From positions 1 to 20,529 of the forward strand of contig NW_021824322.1 in assembly GCF_006345805.1 (NCBI RefSeq): a stretch of DNA of 20,529 nt, given 5' to 3'. The DNA is from Octopus sinensis. Lineage: Eukaryota. The notes below the pieces were generated by a model. The model worked only from the letters and a program-made list of their open reading frames with translations, had not been told where the DNA came from and made no database searches. The position numbers and the translations under genes are program-made. Positions 11,140 to 19,700 of the stretch are shown in pieces (within the stretch, counting starts at the first letter, position 1; every line of letters begins with the position of its first letter).

Positions 11140-11378
11140 TTTTGTTGTTATTCTTCTTCTTGTTATGGCTGTTGCTATGACTGTTATTATGATTGTTGTT
11201 ATGGTTGTTATAGCTATTGATATGGCTGTTGTGGTTGTTATTGTTTTTATTGTTGTTGCTATGATTGTTGTTATGGTTGTCGTTATGGTTGTTGTTATAA
11301 TTGTTATGGTTGCTGTTATGATTGTTGTTGTGGTTGTTGTTATGGCTGTTGTTATGGCTGTTGTTATGGTTGCTGTCA
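11140..11378. repeat. Degenerate trinucleotide repeat (GTT/ATG/GCT mixtures)
   Basis: Recurrent gttgttatggct(gtt) units. These produce the poly-T/I and poly-V ORFs in the track. Confidence 0.9.
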
Positions 11379-11419
11379 TGTCACGTTGCTCCAGTCCATT
11401 CAGCTGGCAACAATGAGTA

Positions 11420-11520
11420 ATCCTGCGAGGGACCAGCGCTCCATCCAGGTGGGGAATTTATACGCCATAGAAACCGGGAGACCGAACTTATGAGTCGGCG
11501 TGACTCGTGAAGGAAAGATT
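11420..11520 (+). mobile_element. 3' fragment of the V-like SINE
   Basis: cctgcgagggaccagcgctccatccaggtggggaatttatacgccatagaaaccggg..cttatgagtc..gactcgtgaaggaa matches the 3' part of 428-733. Confidence 0.7.
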
Positions 11521-11654
11521 TACTTCAGTTTTTACATCACACCTACCTCATCCGCAGTTGAGTTGGTCATCATTTTTAGCATTCAGAGCGACCGCGAAGA
11601 ACAATCCTCATTGGCTCTTTCTTGCTTTCTTTTTCTCTTATGTACTGATAGATT

Positions 11655-11782
11655 CCAGCCTGACACTTATTCTACCTTTTGCCGAACCGCTAAGTTACGG
11701 GATAACATCGGATATCAGGCGGTTGAGGCACAACAAAGCAACACCGGGTATCAAGCGGTTGGAGGGACAAACACATATGCAT

Positions 11783-11824
<42 letters not shown>

Positions 11825-12070
11825 TCACGCATACACATACACACACACGCGCGCGCACGTACACACGAGCGAACGAACGAACGCATACTCGCACACACGT
11901 TCATACGCATACACGCACACACATACACACGCATGCACGATCGGCTGCCACAGTTTCTCTCCACAAAATTCACTCGAAATGCACTGGTCATCTCAATGCT
12001 TTTATACAGGACACTTTCTTCAAGGTGCTGCACTATGCGTCTGAACCTAAAACTACGTAGCTGCAAAGCC
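11655..12070 (-). mobile_element. Old diverged bipartite SINE with an expanded internal (CA)n/(CG)n tract
   Basis: 3' module at 11655-11780 (gccgaaccgctaagttacggg), microsatellite at 11785-11935, and diverged 5' module at 11938-12070 aligning to 12440-12580. Confidence 0.65.
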
Positions 12071-12108
12071 GTCGTTCTGATAAGGTTGCAAACGACGAAT
12101 TCGATATC

Positions 12109-12153
12109 CGTTACTGATGATACGTAACAACATAGAAACCTAAGCGGTCTACG
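12109..12153 (+). ncRNA. Candidate type I hammerhead ribozyme motif with imperfect stems
   Basis: cgtta CTGATGA tacgt-aaca-acata GAAA CC taagc GG TC tacg. Complete core, stem II 4/5 pairs, stem III 3 bp, stem I 4 bp with a bulge. Confidence 0.5.
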
Positions 12154-12196
12154 ACTCTGAGTTGTCAGTCATAGGCCAATTTGTTTTTACACATAC

Positions 12197-12599
12197 TCTT
12201 TTTTCTTTTACTTGTTTCAGTCATTTCACTGAGGCCATGCTGGAGCTCCGCCTTTAGTCGAGCAAATCGGCCCCAGGACTTATTCTTTGGAAACCTAGTA
12301 CTTATTCTATCGGCCTCTTTTGCCGAACCGCTAAGTGACGGGGACGTAAACACACCAGCATAGGTTGTCAAGTGATGTTGGGGGGGGGGACAAACACAGA
12401 CACACAAACATATACATACACATACATATATACATATGTACGACGGGCTTCTTTCAGTTTCCGTCTACCAAATCTACTCACAAGGCTCTGGTCGGCCCGT
12501 GGCTATAGTAGAAGACACTTGCCCAAGGTGCCACGCAGTGGAACTGAACCCGGAACCCTGTGGTTGGTAAGCAAGCTACTTGCCACACAGCCACTCCTG
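12197..12599 (-). mobile_element. Full-length bipartite tRNA/CORE-like SINE
   Basis: Reverse complement of 14542-14950 over both modules, with an internal TA/CA tract at about 12395-12440. Confidence 0.92.
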
Positions 12600-12729
12600 T
12601 CTAAAAGAAGAATTTTTTCTTGAGGCTATTTCTACATGAAAGCTCTTCCCATGTTCGAGTGAACGTGAATAAGTTAAACATCATTGTAAACGCATATGTT
12701 ATATTCAATGCTGCTTCATGCAATTCTTT

Positions 12730-12773
12730 ATATGTATGCATATTATGCATATATGAATATCACACACACATTG

Positions 12774-12832
<59 letters not shown>

Positions 12833-13087
12833 ATGCATATATATATGAGTGTATATATATGTATATATATATATATACATGCATATATGTGTGTGTATAT
12901 ATATATATATATATATAGATACCCGCACATACACCCATATATGTACATACATACATATATATATATATGTGTGGTGTGTATATATATATATGCATATAGA
13001 TGCATATATTCATATATATGGGTGGGTGTCTCTCTGTATGTGTGTGTTGTATGTGTGTGATGTGTGTGTTTGTTTGTGTGTGTGTGT
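12730..13087. repeat. Compound TA/TG microsatellite
   Basis: Directly visible. Confidence 0.95.
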
Positions 13088-14328
13088 GATCATGGGATGA
13101 TATGTCACAAACTACGTGACCTTGGTTTCAGTGGAAAACTGGGAGAGTGGCTTCACGACTTTTAAAGGACAAACGTCAGACATTTGCAGCCAACGGTGCT
13201 CTCTCTAGGGAGATATCCTCAGCGGAGTTCCTCAGGGAACTGTACTGGGACCATTACTGTTTGTAGCAGCTCTCTCAGTCATGCCGTAAGTCGTACAGTT
13301 AGCCATTCCCATCAGCTACGCTGATAATACAAGAGTATCTCAGGCGGTCAAGGACCCCGATGATATAGTAAAACTACAAAATGACCTGCATGCAGTATAT
13401 AGATTGAAAATAACATGCAGTTCAATGCTGATAAGCTTCAAGCGCCCTACAATCGGCCCACAAACAGACTACAATCAGAATACATAGAATCCCAGAGTTA
13501 GAATCGGTGTGTGACCTGGGAATCCACATGAGCAGTGATGCAGCGTTCTATGTGCATATTGCTAGAATGGCAACACTGCGCAGACGGGCAGATAGATGGA
13601 TCCTTAGATTGTTCAGAACCAGATATAAGGATACCTTGCTACTACTACGGAGGACATTTGTCCGCAGTCATCTGGATTACTGCTCCCAACTGTGATCGAC
13701 GCAGAGCATCGAATTGTTGACGGAACTTGAGGCAACCCAGCATCACTACATGAAGAAGATTGACTCGGTTAAACAGATGAGCTATTTTGGAGAGGCTACA
13801 ACAACTGAAGCTTCACTCCTTGGATAGAAGGTGAGAAAGGTATGCAGTGATATACATATGGAAGATTCTTGAAAGTCTAGCTCCCAACTTTGGAATTAAA
13901 AGTTATATCAACCACCGAACTAGACGGCACTGCATAATACAAAAGATACCGTCTTCTTCATCTCAGATAAGGGCCCAATATTGCAACAGCATGGGTTTCA
14001 GGGGACCTTGAACTGTTTAGCATCTTGCCAATGAATCCAAGACATATGCAAGGTGTAAGGTGTGGAAACTTCAAACCCAAGATATCTGCAAGGTGTGGAA
14101 CTCAAGACATCTGCAAGGTGTGGAAACGTTCAAAAAGAACCTGGACAAATTTCTGTCTGGAATCTCAGATGAGCTCATATCGCAGCAGGAGACACAAGGA
14201 AGAACAGCTTCGTCCAACTCGCTTCTTCGTCCAAAACAGTACTGAAAGGAAAACCGAAAACACTAAAAGGCGGCGCCCTAGCATGGTCCTAGCCCCAAGT
14301 TGAAATCAGTAAAAGAATAAGAGAATAA
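13088..14328 (+). mobile_element. 5'-truncated decayed non-LTR retrotransposon (CR1/L2 group), RT C-terminus and 3' UTR
   Basis: Frameshifted translation gives [45 protein letters not shown] (YADD motif), DLGI, RTFVRSHLDYCSQL and YAVIYIWKILESLAPN. Ends in aaggcggcgccctagcatgg..gaaatcagtaaaagaataagagaata. Confidence 0.9.
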
Positions 14329-14371
14329 TATATATAAATATGTGTGTGTGTGTGCGAGTGTGTATAACGCA

Positions 14372-14478
14372 TACATCGCTACAGGAGTACATATGCTAAA
14401 ATTGGAACTATACAGGGAGGATTAGCATGGCTTCTTCGCAAAGATGACACGCAAATTCGTGAAGCGTTCTATATTCTT
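14372..14478 (+). pseudogene. U6: U6 snRNA retrocopy / pseudogene
   Basis: acatatgctaaaattggaactatacagggaggattagcatgg..gatgacacgcaaattcgtgaagcgttctatattctt follows the U6 consensus with roughly ten substitutions against the recalled metazoan sequence, including ACAGAGA>ACAGGGA. No recognisable upstream promoter; flanked by microsatellite. Confidence 0.9.
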
Positions 14479-14537
14479 CAAGGCGGCGCCCCACCGTGGC
14501 CGCAGTTTAATGACTAAAGCAAAAGATAAAAGATATA
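14473..14537 (+). mobile_element. SINE/LINE-type 3' tail fused to the U6 copy
   Basis: attcttcaaggcggcgccccaccgtggccgcagtttaatgactaaagcaaaagataaaagata matches the tails at 103-157, 14885-14950 and 18655-18720. Confidence 0.85.
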
Positions 14538-14541
14538 TATA

Positions 14542-14950
14542 GGCGCAGGAGTGGCTGTGTGGTAAGTAGCTTGCTAACCAACAACATGGTTCCGGGTTCA
14601 GTCCCACTGCGTGGCACCTTGCGCAAGTGTCTTCTGCTATAGTTCCGGGCCGACCAATGCCTTGTGAGTGGATTTGGCAGACGGAAACTGAAAGAAGCCT
14701 GTCGTATATATGTATATGTGTATGTGTGTGTGTTTGTGTGTGTGTGTTTGTCTCCCTAGCATTGCTTGACAACCGATGGTGGTGTGTTTACGTCCCCGTC
14801 ACTTAGCGGTTCGGCAAAAGAGACCGATGGAATAAGTACTGGGCTTATGAAAAGAATAAGTCCCGGGGTCGATTTGCTCGATTAAAGGCGGTGCTCCAGC
14901 ATGGCCGCAGTCAAGTGATTGAAACAAGTAAAAGAGTAAAGAGTAAGAGT
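14542..14950 (+). mobile_element. Full-length bipartite tRNA/CORE-like SINE
   Basis: Head ggcgcaggagtggctgtgtggtaag..ggttcagtccc, CORE-like ccttgcgcaagtgtctt, internal TA/TG tract at 14705-14745, 3' module, and tail ending (aagagt)n. Confidence 0.92.
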
Positions 14951-15235
14951 ATAGTGCAGGTATCGTAATAAGCTCCTCTAGAGAACACAGCTATATCAGT
15001 CGCCGAAGCATTCAATTACAACGTAGTGTAGTGTAAAGGATTCATATAGTTGAAAATCCAGATAATCCGAGCGATAAAATTACTCTATGAGGAGTATATA
15101 AAATCATAAAGTCCGGATGTATGAGACGTGAATATGTAATTATTTAACCACGTGACTTCCATACGTTTACGGTCGTTTCGCAATCTCTTTCATGTAGTTT
15201 TAATTATTAACTTCAGTATGAAAGAAATTATGCTT

Positions 15236-15297
15236 ACATGTATGTATGTATGGTATGTATGTATGTATGTATGAATGTATGTATGTAGGTATGTATG

Positions 15298-15345
<48 letters not shown>

Positions 15346-15566
15346 ATATATATATATGTTGTATATACACACATTCATTTCTCATGCCTTCTGACTTAAT
15401 GAATATATATATATATATATATATGCACTTATACGAGTATATATATAATATATATATACTATACATATATATACATTACATACATACATACATACATACA
15501 TAAATACATCCATACATATATATCTATATATAATATATAATATATATTATATATAATATGTATATA
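15236..15566. repeat. (TATG)n / (TA)n compound microsatellite
   Basis: Directly visible. Confidence 0.93.
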
Positions 15567-15764
15567 GCATAAATAGAATTTGAAAATGCACGGAGAGTAG
15601 TTAAAAATATTTTTTAATAATATATTTAAAGCTTTAACCGGTTTCACAGTTTACACTGATTTTCAAAAAGTTCAAACAGAAATATGTGGCTTATGTCGCA
15701 GCTGTCTTGCTTCTGATAAGTGCTTGAAGTTTGTCCTGCTTTTGTAGGGAGTTTATGGCTCATA

Positions 15765-16048
15765 TTAACATGCTATGTTGATATTCGCAGCAGTTTGGGA
15801 GGCATTGTGCCCAAACTTGAACTTATGCAAGAAAAGTAAGCAAATGTCCTTTTTAGTCATGTTCATAATTAAGGACGTACAGGCTTCGAGAATGTTTTCT
15901 GTCTAAACTAAGTAGAAAATTATTAAAGAGCATACATTAATTATTAAGTATGTCGAAACTCACTTAAAATGTCATTAAAATACTACGATAAAGTTGCGTA
16001 TCGAAACACAACACTTAGAGTGGCCATTATTTTCGGAACAATCTAGTA
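15765..16048 (-). mobile_element. 5' end of a mariner transposon (TIR, UTR, transposase N-terminal HTH); duplicate at 17046-17328
   Basis: 15860..15765 reads MTKKDICLLFLHKFKFGHNASQTAANINIAC*, resembling the mariner paired-like HTH. The end TACTAGATTGTTCCGAAAATAATG resembles mariner TIRs. Confidence 0.78.
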
Positions 16049-16055
16049 CATATAT

Positions 16056-16663
16056 ATCGTGATGTAAATATGCCATTTGAATATGGCTAACCCCTAAGGG
16101 TGGATGCTACTGTAGTTTTTAGCCCCAGGAAGACATCTCCTCCAGCTGGCTATAGACACACTTTCTGTGTCCTATCAGTATTTGCAAAGGGATGCCATCC
16201 TTCCCGTCTTCAACTTATGATACACACGGACCCGAGTGTCAAGATTCAAATGGCATATTTACATCACGATGTGTTTCTGCTACTGTTGATAACTCACTCT
16301 GATATTTATCATTGTTTGATTTCACTTTTTCAATATCAGTGTCACTGGAACACTGGAAAAAGTATATGTATTTGTAGAGAGAACCTCCGTCCTATCGACA
16401 ACTGTGATTGTCACACGCTGATGATAGGTCAATACCTTGAAATCGGGGTCCGTTGTTGTCATAAGTTGAAGACGGGAAGGATGGCTTCCCTTTGCAAATA
16501 CTGATAGGGCACAGAAAGTGTGTCTATAGCCAGCTGGAGAGATGTCTTCCTGGGGCTAAAAACTACAGTAGCATCCACCCTTAGGTGGAGCCATATTCAA
16601 ATGGCATATTTACATCACGATGTGTTTCTGGTATGTTGATAACTCACTCTGATATTTATCATT
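16056..16663 (+). mobile_element. Non-coding hammerhead-bearing element (Penelope pLTR-like / retrozyme-like), copy 1
   Basis: Inverted arms 16056-16243 and 16436-16621. ~70-bp direct repeat at 16244-16313 and 16595-16663 (period 351). Hammerhead motif at 16412-16456, with indels in stems III and I in this copy. Confidence 0.8.
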
Positions 16664-16808
16664 CTTATATATATATTATATATAGATATATATATATATA
16701 TATATATGCACTTATACGAGTATATATATTATATATATATATATATATACATATATACATACATACATACATACATACATACAATACATACATACATACA
16801 TATATATA

Positions 16809-16848
<40 letters not shown>

Positions 16849-17334
16849 GCATAAATAGAATTTGAAAATGCACGAGAGTAGTTAAAATATTTTTTTTAAT
16901 AATATATTTAAAGCTTTAACCGGTTTCACAGTTTACACTGATTTTCAAAAAGTTCAAACAGAAATATGGGCTTATGTCGCAGCTGTCTTGCTTCTGATAA
17001 GTGCTTGAAGTTTGTCCTGCTTTTGTAGGGAGTTTATGGCTCATATTAACATGCTATGTTGATATTCGCAGCAGTTTGGGAGGCATTGTGCCCAAACTTG
17101 AACTTATGCAAGAAAAGTAAGCAAATGTCCTTTTTAGTCATGTTCATAATTAAGGACGTACAGGCTTCGAGAATGTTTTCTGTCTAAACTAAGTAGAAAA
17201 TTATTAAAGAGCATACATTAATTATTAAGTATGTCGAAACTCACTTAAAATGTCATTAAAATACTACGATAAAGTTGCGTATCGAAACACAACACTTAGA
17301 GTGGCCATTATTTTCGGAACAATCTAGTCTATAT

Positions 17335-17937
17335 ATCGTGATGTAAATATGCCATTTGAATATGGAAACCCCTAAGGGTGGATGCTACTGTAGTTTTTAG
17401 CCCCAGGAAGACATCCTCCAGCTGGCTATAGACACACTTTCTGTGTCCTATCAGTATTTGCAAAGGGATGCCATCCTTCCGTCTTCAACTTATGATACAC
17501 ACGGACCGAGTGTCAAGAATTCAAATGGCATATTTACATCACGATGTGTTTCTGCTACTGTTGATAACTCACTCTGATATTTATCATTGTTTGATTTCAC
17601 TTTTTCAATATCAGTGTCACTGAACACTGGAAAAAGTATATGTATTTGTAGAGAGAACTCCGCCTATCGACAACTGTGATTGTCACACGCTGATGATAGG
17701 TCAATACCTTGAAACTCGGGTCCGTGTGTGATCATAAGTTGAAGACGGGAAGGAGGCTTCCCTTTGCAAATACTGATAGGCACAGAAAGTGTGTCTATAG
17801 CCAGCTGGAGAGATGTCTTCCTGGGGCTAAAAACTACAGTAGCATCCACCCTTAGGGGGTTAGCCATATTCAAATGGCATATTTACATCACGATGTGTTT
17901 CTGGTACTGTTGATAACTCACTCTGATATTTATCATT
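17335..17937 (+). mobile_element. Non-coding hammerhead-bearing element, copy 2
   Basis: Same architecture as copy 1. Direct repeat starts at 17519 and 17868; inverted arms span 17335-17894. Confidence 0.82.
17684..17728 (+). ncRNA. Minimal type I hammerhead ribozyme
   Basis: CACACG CTGATGA T-AGGT-caat-ACCT-T GAAA C tcgg G TC / CGTGTG. 6-bp stem I, 4-bp stem II closed by U.U, minimal stem III, GUC cleavage triplet at 17720-17722. Confidence 0.8.
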
Positions 17938-17939
17938 CT

Positions 17940-17997
<58 letters not shown>

Positions 17998-18035
17998 ATA
18001 TATATACATATATATGTATATATGTATGTATATAT

Positions 18036-18604
18036 TACCTTTAACAGGTAATTTTTACATGCTAGGAGAAGCAGTCAAAACGACCAAAGCCACATTTAAG
18101 AGCAATTTTCAGAAGGGAATGAAATATAAAAACTTTTACCTTATTTTTTTACGGTTATACCGAGGTTTCACATTTCTTCAGCAAATAAAATAATTTGCTA
18201 GGCGAACCCTCATCAGTAACCGTGCCATAACAATTAATATATAATTTACAAAAAAATAACACGTGTCTCATCATTATATGTTATATTTTTTAAAAGTTCA
18301 CTGCGCAAGCGCAGTTTCAGTCGGCAGTAAATGTAAAGTGCCGAACCGATCTTGGAAATGCCAAAATCATATTCGTAGATATATAGGATGGTGAATAGCT
18401 TTAGAAATTTCACCATAGTGGCCTAGCACGTATAAAAAGTCAATAGACAACATATTCTCAATATAAAATAGTGTACATTTAAACACAAGAGAAAACTACC
18501 TTTAACAGAAGAAGCCAGGCAAAGCGACCAAAATGTGGTTTTGGTCGTTTTGACTGCTTCTTCTAGCGTGTAAAAATTACCTGTTAAAGGTAGTTTTCTC
18601 TTGT
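18036..18604 (-). mobile_element. Second, sequence-unrelated hammerhead-bearing non-coding element with inverted 5' arm and terminal direct repeat
   Basis: 18038-18096 is the reverse complement of 18532-18590. tacctttaacag recurs directly at 18036 and 18497 (period 461). 18485-18604 is a foldback. Hammerhead motif at 18151-18223. Confidence 0.72.
18151..18223 (-). ncRNA. Type I hammerhead ribozyme with an extended stem II
   Basis: Minus strand: ACGGTTA CTGATGA gggttcgcct AGCAAAT tatttt ATTTGCT gaagaaatgt GAAA C ctcg G TA / TAACCGT. Perfect 7-bp stem I, full core, GUA triplet; the base of stem II pairs poorly. Confidence 0.7.
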
Positions 18605-18720
18605 TCCGGGTTCAGTCCCACTGACTACTGGCATCGATTCATTCGATTAATGATTCTTCATGGTGGTACCCCTGCATGCCCGCAGTCTAGTGACTAAAAC
18701 AAGTAAAAGATAAAAGATAC
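18604..18720 (+). mobile_element. Internally deleted bipartite SINE (B-box piece joined to tail)
   Basis: ttccgggttcagtcccactg followed by tcgattcattcgattaa..ttcttcatggtggtacccctgcatgcccgcagtctagtgactaaaacaagtaaaagataaaaga. Confidence 0.7.
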
Positions 18721-19061
18721 AAGATAATATATAATACTTAATATATAATACTTACATAAATACATGTATACAAACACACACACACACACATATAGACATA
18801 TGATAACTAAACGGATACCATCATCTTTGAATAATTTCTTGACACAAGATAATGTCATTTGATGCGTTTAAATACTTAATCCAGTATTAAGTGAGCATGC
18901 CTCGAACATTAACAACTTTGAAGCACCAGGTAGCATCCACTCGGATAAAGCGGTATACCGAGGTATGTCTATATACATTTAAAGTGCGCGCGCGTGTGTG
19001 TGTAAGTTTGTGTGTGCTTGTGTAAGAGAAAGAGAGAGAGAGAATGCATGTATATGTAAGT

Positions 19062-19538
19062 ATCACTAAGTTGAGAACAGCAAATTTCTTTGCTGTTACT
19101 TCTAACTTTACTATAGATAAATGTAAGCCATATGAAAAGCATATATATATTAACATAGTTTCCAGAAACCTAATCAATACTATCAGTAGCAGAATCTCTA
19201 AACCATCGTCAAATAAAGAAATATTCGGCAATGCTGCATCCTGATATAACAAATGACTAGAAGCTAGAGAATATAAAGATAAGATTAAACATACCCCTAT
19301 CCCATGGCTACCCGCTAACAAACATAATACGCTTAATATAATCTGGCTCACACCTTCCTTCTTCTCTTTAAATGTTAGATATAACATAGAAAGATACTTC
19401 CTAGCTTTAATAAATAAACACTTCCCCCTTAACCACCATTACAGGAAATTACTTAATAGAAATTACTTTAAACCGAGTCACAGTTATACTACCAATATGA
19501 TAAACGTGTTCACAGGTAATTCAACAAAAGCAACATGA
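19062..19538 (+). mobile_element. Decayed Penelope-like retroelement ORF fragment (RT thumb and linker toward GIY-YIG)
   Basis: One frame with two stops: NFFAVTSNFTIDKCKPYEKHIYINIVSRNLINTISSRISKPSSNKEIFGNAAS*YNK*LEAREYKDKIKHTP..NIIWLTPSFFSLNVRYNIERYFLALINKHFPLNHHYRKLLNRNYFKPSHSYTTNM. Resembles the recalled PLE motif IIWFNPPFSxNVKTNIGxxFLxLIDKHFPxxHxLxKIFNRNxxKVSYSCxxN. Confidence 0.8.
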
Positions 19539-19544
19539 CAAGCT

Positions 19545-19632
19545 GTATGTGTATATATATATAATCTATAATTATATATATAATATATATATATAATATA
19601 ATATTCCGTTTTCTGCCTCTATCATTTGTCAT

Positions 19633-19673
<41 letters not shown>

Positions 19674-19700
19674 GTATATATATATATATATATATACATG
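19545..19700. repeat. TA/CA microsatellite
   Basis: Directly visible. Confidence 0.93.

Larger units (their letters stand above)
15425..17940. repeat. Tandem duplication, two copies of a ~1.28 kb unit
   Basis: gcacttatacgag starts at 15425 and 16708 (offset 1283). The shared end tatcattctt lies at 16666 and 17940. Differences are mostly 1-bp indels. Confidence 0.95.

Noticed and set aside
14372-14478. Functional U6 snRNA gene
   Set aside because: The ACAGAGA box and internal stem-loop are mutated, no upstream promoter elements are visible, and the T-run terminator is replaced by a retroposon tail.
18038-18590. Tc1/mariner MITE with 59-bp TIRs and TA TSD
   Set aside because: Not excluded but disfavoured. 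It does not explain the internal direct repeat, the foldback including extra sequence, or the hammerhead.
1034-19244. Numerous ORFs rich in YI/IY, CV, TH, LSIY or poly-T/V repeats
   Set aside because: They are translations of TA, TG, CA, GATA and trinucleotide microsatellites, not genes.
18887-19387. 166-aa minus-strand hydrophobic ORF
   Set aside because: It is antisense to the Penelope-like remnant, runs into microsatellite, and shows no recognisable domain.
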